Below the pieces are notes generated by a model. It saw nothing but the letters and a program-made list of their open reading frames with translations, did no database searches and was not told where the DNA came from. From Escherichia coli (GTDB taxonomy: Bacteria > Pseudomonadota > Gammaproteobacteria > Enterobacterales > Enterobacteriaceae): 64,000 bases of DNA. A program made the translations under genes and the position numbers. The stretch lies in NCBI RefSeq assembly GCF_003334335.1, contig NZ_QOWQ01000018.1; one strand, 5' to 3'. This document shows, in pieces, positions 11,756 through 24,296 of the stretch (its first letter is position 1; each line of letters starts with the position of its first letter).

Positions 11756-12829
11756 ATGAAACAAAAAGAGCTATGGATTAACCAGATCAAAGGGTTATGT
11801 ATTTGTCTGGTGGTGATTTATCACTCGGTCATTACCTTTTATCCGCATCTGACCACTTTTCAGCATCCGTTATCGGAAGTCCTGAGCAAATGCTGGATCT
11901 ATTTCAATCTTTACCTTGCCCCCTTTCGTATGCCGGTTTTTTTCTTTATATCCGGCTATTTGATTCGCCGCTATATCGACAGCGTACCGTGGGGAAATTG
12001 TCTCGATAAACGGATCTGGAACATCTTCTGGGTGCTGGCGCTTTGGGGCGTGGTGCAGTGGCTGGCGTTAAGTGCGCTGAACCAGTGGCTGGCACCTGAG
12101 CGCGATTTAAGCAATGCCTCCAATGCCGCTTATGCCGATTCCACCGGTGAGTTCCTGCACGGGATGATCACCGCCAGCACCAGCTTGTGGTATCTGTATG
12201 CGTTAATTGTCTATTTCGTGGTATGTAAAATTTTTAGCCGTCTGGCGCTGCCACTATTCGCCTTGTTTGTACTGCTGAGTGTGGCGGTTAATTTCGTTCC
12301 CACGCCGTGGTGGGGAATGAACTGTGTGATCCGCAATTTGCCTTATTACAGCCTTGGCGCATGGTTTGGCGCAACAATAATGACCTGTGTTAAAGAGGTG
12401 CCGTTGCGCCGCCATCTGCTGATGGCTTCTTTGCTTACCGTTCTGGCGGTCGGTGCCTGGTTGTTTACTATCTCGCTGCTGTTGTCGCTGGTATCGATTG
12501 TGGTGATCATGAAGCTGTTTTATCAATACGAGCAACGATTCGGTATGCGCTCCACCAGCCTGCTGAATGTGATTGGCTCCAACACCATTGCTATCTACAC
12601 CACCCATCGCATTCTGGTTGAAATATTCAGCTTAACTCTGCTTGCGCAAATGAACGCAGCACGCTGGTCGCCGCAAGTCGAACTGACACTCCTGCTGGTT
12701 TATCCCTTTGTCAGTTTGTTCATCTGTACTGTTGCGGGCTTGCTGGTAAGAAAACTTTCACAGCGTGCATTCAGCGATCTGTTGTTCTCCCCGCCTTCAC
12801 TGCCCGCTGCCGTCAGTTACTCCCGCTAA
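11756..12829 (+). CDS. ycfT: Inner membrane protein YcfT (acyltransferase-3 family)
   Basis: 357 aa, multi-pass hydrophobic; synteny upstream of mfd. Confidence 0.85.
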   Translation: MKQKELWINQIKGLCICLVVIYHSVITFYPHLTTFQHPLSEVLSKCWIYFNLYLAPFRMPVFFFISGYLIRRYIDSVPWGNCLDKRIWNIFWVLALWGVVQWLALSALNQWLAPERDLSNASNAAYADSTGEFLHGMITASTSLWYLYALIVYFVVCKIFSRLALPLFALFVLLSVAVNFVPTPWWGMNCVIRNLPYYSLGAWFGATIMTCVKEVPLRRHLLMASLLTVLAVGAWLFTISLLLSLVSIVVIMKLFYQYEQRFGMRSTSLLNVIGSNTIAIYTTHRILVEIFSLTLLAQMNAARWSPQVELTLLLVYPFVSLFICTVAGLLVRKLSQRAFSDLLFSPPSLPAAVSYSR

Positions 12830-12956
12830 GCCATCGCCCCAGCCGGGGCGATTCAATTTGCTAAACCATGTCGATTACGGATAATGAACAGCATTGCTTA
12901 TCAGAGATATGCCCCCATATGTTGAGGCATATCCTAACGAGAATCTGACAACCGTT

Positions 12957-15900
12957 ATGCCTGAACAATATCGTTATACGCTGCCCGTCAAAGCGGGTGA
13001 GCAGCGTCTGCTGGGCGAGTTAACCGGCGCAGCCTGTGCAACGCTGGTAGCGGAAATTGCCGAACGTCACGCCGGTCCGGTGGTACTCATTGCACCAGAT
13101 ATGCAAAATGCTCTGCGTTTGCATGATGAAATCAGCCAGTTTACCGATCAAATGGTGATGAATCTGGCGGACTGGGAAACTCTTCCCTACGACAGTTTTT
13201 CGCCTCATCAGGACATTATCTCCTCGCGCCTTTCCACCCTTTACCAGCTACCGACGATGCAGCGTGGCGTACTGATTGTTCCGGTGAATACGCTTATGCA
13301 GCGCGTTTGCCCACACAGTTTTCTCCACGGTCATGCGCTGGTGATGAAAAAAGGTCAGCGCCTGTCACGAGATGCATTACGAACCCAACTGGACAGCGCC
13401 GGTTATCGCCATGTTGACCAGGTGATGGAGCACGGCGAATACGCCACGCGCGGCGCGTTGCTGGATCTCTTCCCGATGGGGAGTGAGCTGCCTTATCGTC
13501 TTGATTTCTTTGATGATGAAATCGACAGCCTGCGGGTGTTTGACGTCGACAGCCAGCGCACGCTGGAGGAAGTAGAAGCGATCAATCTGCTGCCCGCGCA
13601 CGAATTTCCGACCGATAAAGCGGCAATTGAACTGTTCCGCAGCCAGTGGCGCGATACCTTCGAAGTGAAGCGCGATCCAGAACATATTTACCAGCAAGTG
13701 AGTAAAGGCACATTACCTGCCGGGATCGAGTACTGGCAGCCATTGTTCTTCAGCGAACCACTGCCGCCGCTGTTCAGTTATTTCCCTGCCAATACCTTGC
13801 TCGTGAATACTGGCGATCTGGAAACCAGTGCCGAACGTTTCCAGGCTGACACGCTGGCGCGTTTTGAGAATCGCGGCGTCGATCCGATGCGCCCGCTGTT
13901 GCCACCACAATCGCTCTGGCTGCGGGTGGACGAGCTCTTCTCAGAGCTGAAAAACTGGCCCCGGGTGCAGCTAAAAACTGAACATTTACCGACAAAAGCC
14001 GCGAATGCCAATTTAGGTTTCCAGAAACTGCCAGACCTGGCCGTTCAGGCACAACAAAAAGCGCCGCTGGATGCGCTGCGTAAGTTCCTCGAGACTTTCG
14101 ACGGTCCGGTGGTGTTCTCGGTAGAAAGTGAAGGTCGCCGTGAAGCGCTGGGTGAACTGCTCGCACGAATTAAAATTGCTCCGCAACGCATTATGCGTCT
14201 TGATGAAGCCAGCGACCGTGGGCGTTATCTGATGATTGGCGCTGCCGAACATGGTTTTGTCGATACGGTGCGTAATCTGGCGCTGATTTGCGAAAGCGAT
14301 CTGCTCGGTGAACGCGTTGCCCGTCGTCGTCAGGATTCTCGCCGCACCATCAACCCCGATACACTGATCCGTAACCTTGCGGAACTGCATATTGGTCAGC
14401 CGGTGGTCCATCTGGAGCACGGCGTCGGTCGTTATGCCGGAATGACCACGCTGGAAGCGGGTGGCATTACTGGCGAGTATCTGATGCTCACCTATGCCAA
14501 CGACGCCAAACTGTATGTTCCGGTGTCGTCACTGCATCTGATTAGCCGTTACGCAGGTGGCGCGGAAGAAAACGCCCCGCTGCATAAACTTGGCGGCGAT
14601 GCGTGGTCACGCGCGCGGCAGAAAGCGGCGGAAAAAGTGCGTGATGTGGCGGCGGAATTGCTGGATATCTACGCGCAACGCGCCGCCAAAGAGGGCTTCG
14701 CGTTTAAACACGATCGTGAGCAGTATCAGTTGTTCTGCGACAGCTTCCCGTTTGAAACCACGCCGGATCAGGCGCAGGCCATTAATGCGGTACTTAGCGA
14801 CATGTGTCAGCCGCTGGCAATGGATCGTCTGGTGTGCGGCGATGTTGGCTTTGGTAAAACAGAAGTGGCGATGCGCGCAGCTTTCCTGGCAGTAGATAAC
14901 CACAAGCAGGTGGCGGTGCTGGTGCCTACCACCCTTCTCGCGCAGCAGCATTACGACAACTTCCGCGACCGTTTCGCCAACTGGCCGGTACGTATCGAAA
15001 TGATCTCCCGTTTCCGCAGCGCCAAAGAGCAGACGCAAATCCTTGCGGAAGTGGCGGAAGGGAAAATCGATATTCTGATCGGTACGCACAAACTGCTGCA
15101 AAGTGACGTCAAGTTTAAAGATTTAGGCCTGCTGATTGTCGATGAAGAACACCGCTTCGGGGTGCGTCATAAAGAGCGCATTAAAGCGATGCGCGCGAAC
15201 GTGGATATTCTGACGCTTACTGCAACGCCGATCCCACGTACGCTGAATATGGCAATGAGCGGAATGCGTGACCTGTCGATTATCGCCACGCCGCCCGCCC
15301 GTCGTCTGGCAGTTAAAACCTTTGTCCGTGAGTATGACAGCATGGTGGTCCGGGAGGCGATCCTGCGTGAAATTTTGCGCGGAGGACAGGTTTATTATCT
15401 CTACAATGATGTGGAAAACATTCAGAAAGCCGCCGAACGGCTGGCAGAACTGGTGCCAGAAGCGCGGATCGCCATCGGTCACGGGCAGATGCGCGAGCGC
15501 GAACTGGAACGGGTGATGAATGATTTCCATCATCAACGTTTCAACGTGCTGGTTTGTACAACCATTATCGAAACCGGGATCGACATCCCGACAGCCAACA
15601 CTATTATCATTGAACGCGCGGATCACTTCGGTCTGGCGCAGCTGCACCAGTTACGCGGTCGCGTCGGACGTTCGCATCATCAGGCATATGCATGGTTGCT
15701 GACACCGCATCCAAAAGCGATGACTACCGATGCACAAAAACGTCTTGAAGCAATTGCCTCGCTGGAAGATCTCGGGGCAGGTTTTGCGCTGGCAACGCAC
15801 GATCTGGAGATTCGCGGCGCGGGTGAACTGCTTGGCGAAGAACAAAGCGGCTCAATGGAAACCATCGGTTTCTCGCTGTATATGGAGTTGCTGGAAAACG

Positions 15901-16403
15901 CCGTCGATGCACTGAAAGCCGGACGCGAGCCGTCGCTGGAAGATCTCACCAGCCAGCAAACAGAAGTCGAGCTGCGGATGCCGTCGCTATTGCCAGATGA
16001 TTTCATCCCTGACGTGAACACGCGTCTGTCGTTCTACAAACGTATTGCCAGCGCCAAAACGGAAAACGAACTGGAAGAGATCAAAGTCGAGCTTATCGAT
16101 CGCTTCGGCCTGCTGCCAGATCCGGCGCGTACCCTGCTGGATATTGCCCGTCTGCGCCAGCAAGCGCAGAAACTGGGGATCAGGAAGCTGGAAGGTAATG
16201 AGAAAGGCGGGGTGATCGAATTTGCCGAGAAGAATCACGTTAATCCGGCCTGGTTGATTGGTTTGCTGCAAAAACAGCCGCAGCATTACCGCCTTGATGG
16301 TCCGACGCGCCTGAAATTTATTCAGGATTTGAGTGAGCGGAAAACGCGTATCGAATGGGTACGCCAGTTTATGCGTGAACTGGAAGAGAACGCGATCGCT
16401 TAA
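12957..16403 (+). CDS. mfd: Transcription-repair coupling factor Mfd
   Basis: 1148 aa from MPEQYRYTLP; helicase motifs GDVGFGKTEVA and DEEH. Confidence 0.97.
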   Translation: MPEQYRYTLPVKAGEQRLLGELTGAACATLVAEIAERHAGPVVLIAPDMQNALRLHDEISQFTDQMVMNLADWETLPYDSFSPHQDIISSRLSTLYQLPTMQRGVLIVPVNTLMQRVCPHSFLHGHALVMKKGQRLSRDALRTQLDSAGYRHVDQVMEHGEYATRGALLDLFPMGSELPYRLDFFDDEIDSLRVFDVDSQRTLEEVEAINLLPAHEFPTDKAAIELFRSQWRDTFEVKRDPEHIYQQVSKGTLPAGIEYWQPLFFSEPLPPLFSYFPANTLLVNTGDLETSAERFQADTLARFENRGVDPMRPLLPPQSLWLRVDELFSELKNWPRVQLKTEHLPTKAANANLGFQKLPDLAVQAQQKAPLDALRKFLETFDGPVVFSVESEGRREALGELLARIKIAPQRIMRLDEASDRGRYLMIGAAEHGFVDTVRNLALICESDLLGERVARRRQDSRRTINPDTLIRNLAELHIGQPVVHLEHGVGRYAGMTTLEAGGITGEYLMLTYANDAKLYVPVSSLHLISRYAGGAEENAPLHKLGGDAWSRARQKAAEKVRDVAAELLDIYAQRAAKEGFAFKHDREQYQLFCDSFPFETTPDQAQAINAVLSDMCQPLAMDRLVCGDVGFGKTEVAMRAAFLAVDNHKQVAVLVPTTLLAQQHYDNFRDRFANWPVRIEMISRFRSAKEQTQILAEVAEGKIDILIGTHKLLQSDVKFKDLGLLIVDEEHRFGVRHKERIKAMRANVDILTLTATPIPRTLNMAMSGMRDLSIIATPPARRLAVKTFVREYDSMVVREAILREILRGGQVYYLYNDVENIQKAAERLAELVPEARIAIGHGQMRERELERVMNDFHHQRFNVLVCTTIIETGIDIPTANTIIIERADHFGLAQLHQLRGRVGRSHHQAYAWLLTPHPKAMTTDAQKRLEAIASLEDLGAGFALATHDLEIRGAGELLGEEQSGSMETIGFSLYMELLENAVDALKAGREPSLEDLTSQQTEVELRMPSLLPDDFIPDVNTRLSFYKRIASAKTENELEEIKVELIDRFGLLPDPARTLLDIARLRQQAQKLGIRKLEGNEKGGVIEFAEKNHVNPAWLIGLLQKQPQHYRLDGPTRLKFIQDLSERKTRIEWVRQFMRELEENAIA

Positions 16404-16413
16404 TGGTAAATCG

Positions 16414-16433
16414 GGGGCGTTTCTGCGCCCCCA
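16414..16433 (+). terminator. Possible weak terminator hairpin after mfd
   Basis: GGGGGCG-TTTCTG-CGCCCCC hairpin, but no clear T-tract downstream. Confidence 0.3.
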
Positions 16434-16546
16434 TCTGCAACATTTACAAATTCTTTGCACTTCCCTGCACTATCCGACACTGTCACCATCCATAATTCAG
16501 GCTTATCTGTTTATTACAATAACCTTATATTTATTATGGATTTTTG

Positions 16547-17509
16547 GTGATGATCAAAACGCGTTTTTCTCGCTGGCTAACGTTTTTTACGTTCGCCGCT
16601 GCCGTGGCGCTGGCGCTACCGGCAAAAGCCAACACCTGGCCGCTGCCGCCAGCGGGCAGTCGTCTGGTTGGCGAAAACAAATTTCATGTGGTGGAAAATG
16701 ACGGTGGTTCTCTGGAAGCCATCGCCAAAAAATACAACGTCGGCTTTCTCGCTCTGTTACAGGCTAACCCCGGCGTTGATCCTTACGTACCGCGCGCGGG
16801 CAGCGTGTTAACGATCCCGTTGCAAACCCTACTTCCAGATGCGCCGCGCGAAGGCATTGTGATCAACATTGCGGAGCTGCGTCTCTATTACTACCCGCCG
16901 GGTAAAAATTCGGTAACCGTGTATCCAATAGGTATTGGTCAGTTAGGTGGTGACACGCTGACACCGACAATGGTGACCACCGTTTCAGACAAACGTGCAA
17001 ACCCAACCTGGACGCCAACGGCAAACATCCGCGCCCGTTATAAAGCACAGGGAATTGAGTTGCCTGCGGTAGTGCCGGCTGGACCGGATAACCCAATGGG
17101 CCATCATGCGATTCGTCTGGCGGCCTATGGCGGCGTTTATTTGCTTCATGGTACGAACGCCGATTTCGGCATTGGCATGCGGGTAAGTTCTGGCTGTATT
17201 CGTCTGCGGGATGACGATATCAAAACACTCTTTAGCCAGGTCACCCCAGGCACCAAAGTGAATATCATCAACACTCCGATAAAAGTCTCTGCCGAACCAA
17301 ACGGTGCGCGTCTGGTTGAAGTACATCAGCCGCTGTCAGAGAAGATTGATGACGATCCGCAGCTGCTGCCAATTACGCTGAATAGCGCAATGCAATCATT
17401 TAAAGATGCAGCACAAACTGACGCTGAAGTGATGCAACATGTGATGGATGTCCGTTCCGGGATGCCGGTGGATGTCCGCCGTCATCAAGTGAGCCCACAA
17501 ACGCTGTAA
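16547..17509 (+). CDS. ldtC: L,D-transpeptidase LdtC (YcfS)
   Basis: LysM-like N-terminal region plus YkuD-type domain with HGT...SSGCIRL catalytic motif; signal peptide. Confidence 0.9.
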   Translation: MMIKTRFSRWLTFFTFAAAVALALPAKANTWPLPPAGSRLVGENKFHVVENDGGSLEAIAKKYNVGFLALLQANPGVDPYVPRAGSVLTIPLQTLLPDAPREGIVINIAELRLYYYPPGKNSVTVYPIGIGQLGGDTLTPTMVTTVSDKRANPTWTPTANIRARYKAQGIELPAVVPAGPDNPMGHHAIRLAAYGGVYLLHGTNADFGIGMRVSSGCIRLRDDDIKTLFSQVTPGTKVNIINTPIKVSAEPNGARLVEVHQPLSEKIDDDPQLLPITLNSAMQSFKDAAQTDAEVMQHVMDVRSGMPVDVRRHQVSPQTL

Positions 17510-17550
17510 AGCCCGGATAAAAAAATCCCCGCGACACGGCATGTCGCGGG
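17508..17550 (-). terminator. Rho-independent terminator for bhsA (minus strand)
   Basis: CCCCGCGACACGGCATGTCGCGGGG hairpin; on the minus strand it is followed by a T-tract (plus strand ATAAAAAAAT). Confidence 0.7.
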
Positions 17551-17590
17551 GAAAAAATCAGCAGTAGCAGGCATTAATGAGGGTTAATGC

Positions 17591-17848
17591 TTATTTATAA
17601 ATTACTGCTGTTCCATGGAGGGTATTCGGACCGGTTACAGAAGTAATACGGAAAGATTTTGCGCCCATCTCATCCGCTTTTTGCGCCAGCTGCTCTTCCA
17701 GCGATCCCAGATTTGTCCCCGCGTTAGCACTGATTGTACCGACTTTTTGTTGGCCTTCTGGCGTTGACTGAACTTCGACAGCCGCAAAGCTGGCAAATGA
17801 CATGGAGCTTAAAATCGCCGCAGCGATGAGGGTTTTTACGTTTTTCAT
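17591..17848 (-). CDS. bhsA: Stress/biofilm outer-membrane protein BhsA (YcfR; DUF1471)
   Basis: 85 aa with signal peptide; recognised sequence. Confidence 0.9.
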   Translation of the reverse strand: MKNVKTLIAAAILSSMSFASFAAVEVQSTPEGQQKVGTISANAGTNLGSLEEQLAQKADEMGAKSFRITSVTGPNTLHGTAVIYK

Positions 17849-17916
17849 AATAGTGGCCTTATGCAGATGAATGACGTCGCAAGCAATTACTTAACGATCG
17901 ATAACTAAATGATAGA

Positions 17917-17932
17917 TGTGATCTGGATCACA
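17917..17932. promoter_or_regulatory. Perfect TGTGA-N6-TCACA palindrome (CRP-type or repressor operator candidate) in the bhsA-comR divergent region
   Basis: TGTGATCTGGATCACA read directly from the sequence. Confidence 0.4.
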
Positions 17933-18088
17933 TACAAGATATTTTTTATAACAATCATTAATTAATTTAAAAATCTTTAAATTTCAGTTAAATAGAAAGC
18001 AATTATTTTTATGGGATCTGGACTGGTGAACGGAGGTGATTATTTTTATAATAACCTTTCATTCACAGTCACCAGGTACAACGGCATC

Positions 18089-18721
18089 ATGGCAACTGAC
18101 TCAACACAATGTGTAAAAAAAAGCCGTGGCCGCCCAAAAGTGTTCGACAGGGATGCCGCGCTTGATAAGGCCATGAAATTGTTCTGGCAACACGGTTATG
18201 AAGCGACTTCTCTTGCGGACCTCGTCGAAGCGACCGGAGCCAAAGCGCCCACGCTATACGCGGAATTTACCAACAAAGAGGGGTTATTTCGTGCCGTTCT
18301 CGACCGCTATATCGATCGTTTTGCCGCTAAGCATGAAGCACAGCTGTTTTGTGAAGAGAAAAGCGTGGAGTCTGCGCTGGCTGACTATTTTGCTGCCATC
18401 GCCAACTGCTTTACCAGCAAAGACACCCCGGCAGGCTGCTTCATGATCAACAACTGCACCACCCTCTCCCCAGATTCAGGAGATATCGCCAATACGTTGA
18501 AATCACGCCATGCGATGCAAGAGCGCACTTTGCAGCAGTTTTTATGTCAACGACAAGCGCGCGGGGAAATCCCGCCCCACTGTGACGTGACACATCTGGC
18601 AGAATTCCTTAATTGTATTATTCAGGGGATGTCGATCAGCGCACGCGAAGGTGCATCGCTGGAAAAACTGATGCAGATTGCCGGAACGACTTTGCGTTTA
18701 TGGCCCGAACTGGTGAAATAA
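18089..18721 (+). CDS. comR: TetR-family copper-responsive repressor ComR (YcfQ)
   Basis: TetR HTH (ATSLADLVEATGAKAPTLYAEF); start set at MATDSTQ (210 aa). Confidence 0.9.
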   Translation: MATDSTQCVKKSRGRPKVFDRDAALDKAMKLFWQHGYEATSLADLVEATGAKAPTLYAEFTNKEGLFRAVLDRYIDRFAAKHEAQLFCEEKSVESALADYFAAIANCFTSKDTPAGCFMINNCTTLSPDSGDIANTLKSRHAMQERTLQQFLCQRQARGEIPPHCDVTHLAEFLNCIIQGMSISAREGASLEKLMQIAGTTLRLWPELVK

Positions 18722-18726
18722 GTCGC

Positions 18727-18760
18727 AAAAAAAGCCCCTCAGCCTGAGCGAATGAGGGGC
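18727..18760 (-). terminator. Rho-independent terminator for ycfJ
   Basis: GCCCCTCA...TGAGGGGC hairpin followed on the minus strand by TTTTTTT. Confidence 0.75.
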
Positions 18761-18782
18761 CAAATTGCAGAGTACAGCCTTG

Positions 18783-19322
18783 TTATACTTTGTTATTCAA
18801 AATCAGTTGCCCGTTGCTATCTAGCGGGATCTGCGTACCCGGATCGCGGTCCATGCGGATTTTGCCCTGCTGATCGCCAATCTTATAGGTCACATCATAA
18901 CCGAGCATTTTTTCTGACTTGTCATACACCGTTTTACAACGCTGTTGCGTAGTCGTGTAAGTATCGCTTTCCTGGAGAGAGCCCTGGATCTGGTTACCGG
19001 CATATCCACCACCCAGCGCCCCCACAACAGTGGCGACATCTTTACCGCGACCACCACCAAACTGATGCCCTATCACGCCGCCAGCAACAGCGCCGAGCAC
19101 CGACCCGGTAATGCGATTTTCATCCTGCACCGGTCGACGATGGGTCACTGTGACGTTGCGACACTCCTGACGCGGTGTTTTAACCGTTTCCTTGATTGGG
19201 GTTGCAGAAACAACCTGAGCGTATTGCGGGCCCCGTTCAAACACGTTCAGACTGGCCACTGCCGCTACGCCCAGCGCAGCTGCGACACCAATCCCGATAC
19301 CCGCCAACATTGATTTATTCAC
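18783..19322 (-). CDS. ycfJ: Glycine-zipper membrane protein YcfJ
   Basis: Gly-rich glycine-zipper segments (GAVAGGVIGHQFGGGRG); start set near VNKSMLAG. Confidence 0.85.
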   Translation of the reverse strand: MNKSMLAGIGIGVAAALGVAAVASLNVFERGPQYAQVVSATPIKETVKTPRQECRNVTVTHRRPVQDENRITGSVLGAVAGGVIGHQFGGGRGKDVATVVGALGGGYAGNQIQGSLQESDTYTTTQQRCKTVYDKSEKMLGYDVTYKIGDQQGKIRMDRDPGTQIPLDSNGQLILNNKV

Positions 19323-19531
19323 GGGAACACCTCCTTCTTTGCAGTTATGCCAATCATGCAAGCGAAGGAGAAAAGCAGCTATCAGACAGAAGATGAAAAG
19401 CGCGGGAATGGCTGGAAATACTTAAGGATTCGGAGGAGTCTGAAAGGATGCCTGATACAACGCGGCTGCCGATCGCGCTGTTCCTCAAGGGCGGATGAGG
19501 CGTTTATGCCACATCCGCCAGTGTACGTCGA

Positions 19532-20836
19532 TTAATGCAACTTCAAACGCGGACGGATAACGCGGTTAATACTCCCCACCAGCATCATTAATCCGGTTTT
19601 AAAGTAACCATGCAGCGCAATCTGATGCATTCGGTATAGCGAGATATATACAAAGCGCGCAATTCGTCCTTCAATCATCATTGAGCCGCGCGTCAGGTTA
19701 CCCATCAGGCTACCGACGGTGGAGAAGTTCGACAGCGATACCAGCGAACCATGATCTTTATACTGATAATTTTTCAGCGGCTTACCGTTCATCTGCGCCA
19801 GAATGTTGTTCATTGCGCAAGTCGCCATCTGGTGTGCAGCCTGAGCACGCGGCGGAACAAAGCCCCCTTCCGGACGCGGGCATGACGCGCAGTCGCCAAT
19901 AGCGTAAATGTCTGGATCGCGGGTGGTTTGCAGCGTCGGTTCCACCACCAGCTGGTTGATACGGTTAGTTTCAAGACCACCGATATCTTTCAGGAAGTCT
20001 GGCGCTTTGATCCCGGCTGCCCATACCATCAGATCAGCCTCAATATATTCGCCATCTTTAGTGTGCAGGCCGCCTTCATCAGCACTGGTGACCATGGTTT
20101 GCGTCAGCACGCGAACGCCAAGTTTCGTTAGCTCGTTGTGGGCCGCAGCAGAGATACGTGGCGGTAACGCAGGCAAAATACGTTCTCCCGCTTCTACCAG
20201 CGTTACGTTCAGGGCTTCGTTGGTCAGGCCTTTGTAACCGTAGCTGTGCAGTTGCTTGACCGCGTTGTGCAATTCAGCGGAGAGTTCTACACCCGTCGCG
20301 CCGCCGCCGACAATCGCAATGTTCACTTTGCCATTCGCGCCCAGGTTGGCGGAGTATTTCAGGAACAAATTCAGCATCTCCTGGTGGAAGCGACGCGCCT
20401 GGTGCGGGTTATCGAGGAAAATGCAGTTCTCTTTGACACCTGGCGTATTGAAATCGTTAGAGGTGCTACCCAGCGCCATTACCAGGGTGTCATAGGCGAT
20501 TTTACGTTCCGGAACCAGCAGTTCACCTTTCTCGTCGCGCAGTTCTGCAATAGTGATTGTTTTCGCTTCACGATCAATATCAATGACGGAACCCAGCTGG
20601 AACTGGAAACCATGATTGCGCGCATGGGCCAGATAGCTCAACGCATCGACGCCTTCATCAAGCGAGCCAGTCGCCACTTCGTGCAGCAGCGGTTTCCACA
20701 GGTGGCTGTGGTTACGATCGACCAGCGTAATTTTGGCTTTTTTCTTGCGTCCCAGCTTATGCCCCAGCTGTGTTGCCATTTCCAGCCCACCAGCACCGCC
20801 GCCGACAATCACAATCTTTTTCAATGGCGTAGTCAA
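19532..20836 (-). CDS. ndh: NADH dehydrogenase II (type II NADH:quinone oxidoreductase)
   Basis: Two GxGxxG FAD/NAD motifs ([20 protein letters not shown]); 434 aa. Confidence 0.95.
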
Positions 20837-20863
20837 CGTGACCCCCTTAAATTTATTAACCAA

Positions 20864-20903
20864 TTGTTAATTAATGGTTATTAACATAGCTCTTAATTAA
20901 CAA
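20864..20903. promoter_or_regulatory. 11-bp perfect inverted repeat (TTGTTAATTAA / TTAATTAACAA) upstream of ndh
   Basis: Read from sequence; arms at 20864-20874 and 20893-20903. Confidence 0.35.
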
Positions 20904-21108
20904 CAGGTTACAGCAATGAAAATGTTCTTCGCTATTGAGAATAACATGAATGGTGCATTGGTCATACCAAAATTGATGTTAATCAAGTTTTGTTGCTGAA
21001 AAGATAGGCGACTTTACCGGGTGAGATCAAAAAACAGAGTTTATTGTTTATTATTTGAGCGAATTTGTGAGAGTGATATAGAGTGAGGGGTGTATGCAGG
21101 GCGTTCGG

Positions 21109-21234
21109 TAGGCCTGATAAGAAGCGCATCAGGCATTGATGCTCGACTGTCGGATGCGGCGTGGACGCCTTATCCGACCCACAGAATTCGGAGCGCATCA
21201 GGTACCGGCAAGGTTACCTGATGCGACGAGGGCA
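21109..21234. repeat. REP/BIME cluster (about three REP units)
   Basis: GGCCTGATAAGAAGCGCATCAGGC, GTCGGATGCGGCGTGGACGCCTTATCCGAC, CATCAGGTACC...GGTTACCTGATG. Confidence 0.8.
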
Positions 21235-21235
21235 T

Positions 21236-21778
21236 TTACCCGAGGGTTTTGAACGCTTTAATGCGCTGTAAATGCGGGGAGATATTCTTGAATTTGTGCG
21301 TCTGCTCTTCGTCCCAGACAATCTCGTAATAATGATGCAACTCTTCAGATGTCCGCTGGCTGTTAAGCGCTTCATCATTACGCGACAAAATCACCAGGCA
21401 ACGATCGCGATTCTTCTCACGGAAGTTGGTCACACACTTAGTGGCAATATCGGCATACTCTTCCGGGCGATCAATCTTGCCTTCCATGTTCTCATAAGGG
21501 AACAAATTAGGGTTGAAGATCACCTGGCGGATGTCGCAAAGAAAACCAATCCGTTCCGCCCAGTATCCGCCCAAGCCAACGCCGCAAATTAGCGGACGCT
21601 CGTCAACGTTCAGTTGCAACATTTTGTCCACTTCTTTAAGCAGATGCTGCATATCATGTTTCGGATGCCGCGTACTGTAGCTTATCAAGCGTACATCCGG
21701 GTCAATAAACTGCAATTGTAAGACTTTCTCGTGGTTACCCGGACTGTTAGAGTCAAAACCGTGTAAATAGATAATCAT
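21236..21778 (-). CDS. ycfP: UPF0227 esterase-like protein YcfP
   Basis: Start set at [10 protein letters not shown] (180 aa); alpha/beta-hydrolase-like. Confidence 0.85.
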
Positions 21779-21800
21779 CGCTTCCTCACATAAGCCAGGG

Positions 21801-23641
<1,841 letters not shown>

Positions 23642-23661
<20 letters not shown>

Positions 23662-24283
23662 CTTTACCTGACCAGATAATTTCGCCCGTCTGCACCAGCA
23701 TCAGCTGCATTTGTAGGGTCGGAGCGTTAACGTTGCCAGAGGCGCTGGAGTACAGCACGTAATGAGCGCCGACATTGCGGGCAATGCCTATGGCTTTACT
23801 ACGGGTGCCTAAACTGTCCTGCGGCGACAAACCTAACTGTTGCTTCGCCATCGACAGTTGCTGGGCGGAAACCAGGGTAAATTTCCCGTTATTAGCCAGC
23901 GCATTTCGCAGCGTTTCGGTCGCTTCTGCGGCATTCAGCGAACCGTTAGTACGGTTGTTAACGCTATCAACCAGCAGGACGCTACCCGCAGTCACCCCGT
24001 CAGCCCCAAGCATCTTACTGACCATCGGCTGCATTGCGCCATTCCAGTCATAATGGCGAATATGCGGCGCAGGCGGTGCAGTTTGATCTTCGTGCTCAAT
24101 TGGGCCTGGCTGCTGCGGGATCGTCGGCACCGAGGGCACTGTGGGGACAGGCTGTTGTGGCTCGGCTGGTTGTTCCGGCGCTGGTTTCACTTCTTCTACC
24201 GGTGCAGGTTCACGTTGCCCCACACACCCGGCGAGAAACATCGCCAGCGCGGTAATCAAGGCGTAGCGACTCATTTTTGTCAT
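23642..24283 (-). CDS. lpoB: Outer-membrane lipoprotein LpoB (PBP1B activator)
   Basis: Lipobox LAGC, Pro/Gln-rich linker, C-terminal domain; 213 aa. Confidence 0.9.
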
Positions 24284-24296
24284 CAAGATTCACCCC

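Noticed and set aside
20246-20884. 212-codon plus-strand ORF antisense to ndh
   Set aside because: Same reasoning: an antisense open frame inside a conserved gene.
20983-21198. 71-codon ORF between ndh and ycfP
   Set aside because: It lies across the REP/BIME cluster; the palindromic repeats generate the open frame.
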